NCBI RefSeq assembly: GCF_006345805.1
Contig: NC_043011.1
Location: 40,932,464-40,996,463 of the forward strand
From: Octopus sinensis
Lineage: Eukaryota
Direction of reading: 5' to 3'
DNA length: 64,000 nucleotides
Positions 62,860-64,000 of the stretch are shown in pieces; within the stretch, counting starts at the first letter, position 1; each line of letters starts with the position of its first letter. Below the pieces are notes generated by a model. That model was not told the DNA's origin. It searched no databases and saw nothing but the letters and a program-made list of their open reading frames with translations. The position numbers and the translations under genes are program-made.

Positions 62860-63247
62860 GTCGCTGTGTGGTAAGTAGCTTGCTTACTAAAAGAGCGCGC
62901 ACACAAACACACACACATATCGTTTACTTTGCATAGGCAAAAGCCTCGGAAAAAATTTCAAATTCATAAACAATATGTTTCAAGTTCGTGAAAATTAAGA
63001 GTAATCTTAAGTAATATATAAGCAATATGGAAAATTGTTATCTAATTAACATGTGGGATGCAAAAACATGTGATGCGTTAATATAGTCTCTGAATTGTCA
63101 ACACCAGGCTATTATTTTTATTATTTTGTGTCTGTGAGTAAAAAGAAAGATTTTTTCAAACGCTATTAACTATTGAAAAAAAAAAGATTTAAAAATCTAT
63201 CTGAAAACCTCTTCTCCAAAGGTGTGTAACATTTAAAAAATATTTTG

Positions 63248-63438
63248 TAGGAGTGGTTGTGTGGTAAGTAGCTTCCTTACCAACTACATGGTTCCGGGTT
63301 CAGTCCCACTCCGTGGCACCTTGGGCAGGTGTCTTCTACTATAGCCTCGGCCGACCAAAGCCTTGTGATTAGATTTGGTAGACGGAAACTGAAAGAAGCC
63401 AGTCGTATATATGTATATATATATATATATATATATAA

Positions 63439-63476
<38 letters not shown>

Positions 63477-63680
63477 TTTGTCCCCCCCCCCCTCCCCAAC
63501 ATTGCTTGACAACCGATGCTAGTGTATTTGCGTCCCCGTAGCTTAGCGTTCGGCAACAGAAACCGATAGAATAAGTACTAGGCCTACAAAGAATAAGTCG
63601 TGGGGTCGATTTGTTCGACTACAGGCGGTGCTTCAGCATGGCAACAGTCACATGGCTGAAACAATTAAAAGAATAAAAGT
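63248..63680 (+). mobile_element. SINE family A
   Basis: ggagtggttgtgtggtaagtagc head, both modules, aaaagaataaaag tail. Confidence 0.85.
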
Positions 63681-63799
63681 AATTTTTAAAAGATTTTCTG
63701 TAAATTTGTGACGGTATCAAGTAATCTATTTTATATATATATATGTACAAACGTATGAGTGTGCATGTATATATGTATGTATGTATGTTTGTATGTATG

Positions 63800-63852
<53 letters not shown>

Positions 63853-64000
63853 CACGTAGGACGTTTTCAATATATACCTTTTAAGATGCTAATATATTTT
63901 TATACATCAGTATAGTTTTTCAACCCATATATGCCTATTTTATTTTCATATATCTATGTATCTGTAAATTGTTTTATATTTTTCAATATTTTAATGAGTG

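Overview
AT-rich, microsatellite-saturated animal genomic DNA. The repeat families (tRNA-derived SINEs, R4/Dong, Penelope-like, CR1, RTE, Tx1-like, mariner, hAT) look like an octopus/coleoid genome; this is recognised by eye, not by a database search. I recognise no host protein-coding gene, no true tRNA or rRNA gene and no CRISPR array. Most listed ORFs are translations of simple repeats, and the real coding signal comes from retroelements and DNA transposons. Main content: a near full-length, young R4/Dong element (about 13.1-17.0 kb) plus fragments of several Dong families stacked in (TAA)n arrays; a Penelope-like element with a large 5' inversion (24.9-27.7 kb); a 5'-truncated CR1 (32.6-34.6 kb); many copies of three SINE families (called A, B, C here); and one CpG-rich island (43.5-43.7 kb) that may be a host promoter. 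Best leads: (1) a roughly 540-bp non-coding element found only in (TAA)n, with the polarity of a Dong-mobilised partner; (2) a SINE-B variant whose 3' tail matches a Tx1-like LINE 3' end and which joins other SINE-B copies at the same internal base three times, suggesting target-specific self-insertion; (3) several families of short Penelope-type elements carrying minimal hammerhead ribozymes, some with family-wide core variants; (4) a minisatellite expanded inside a SINE B-box, made of overlapping NF-kB-like and STAT-like motifs. Boundaries were read by eye and are approximate unless motifs are quoted.
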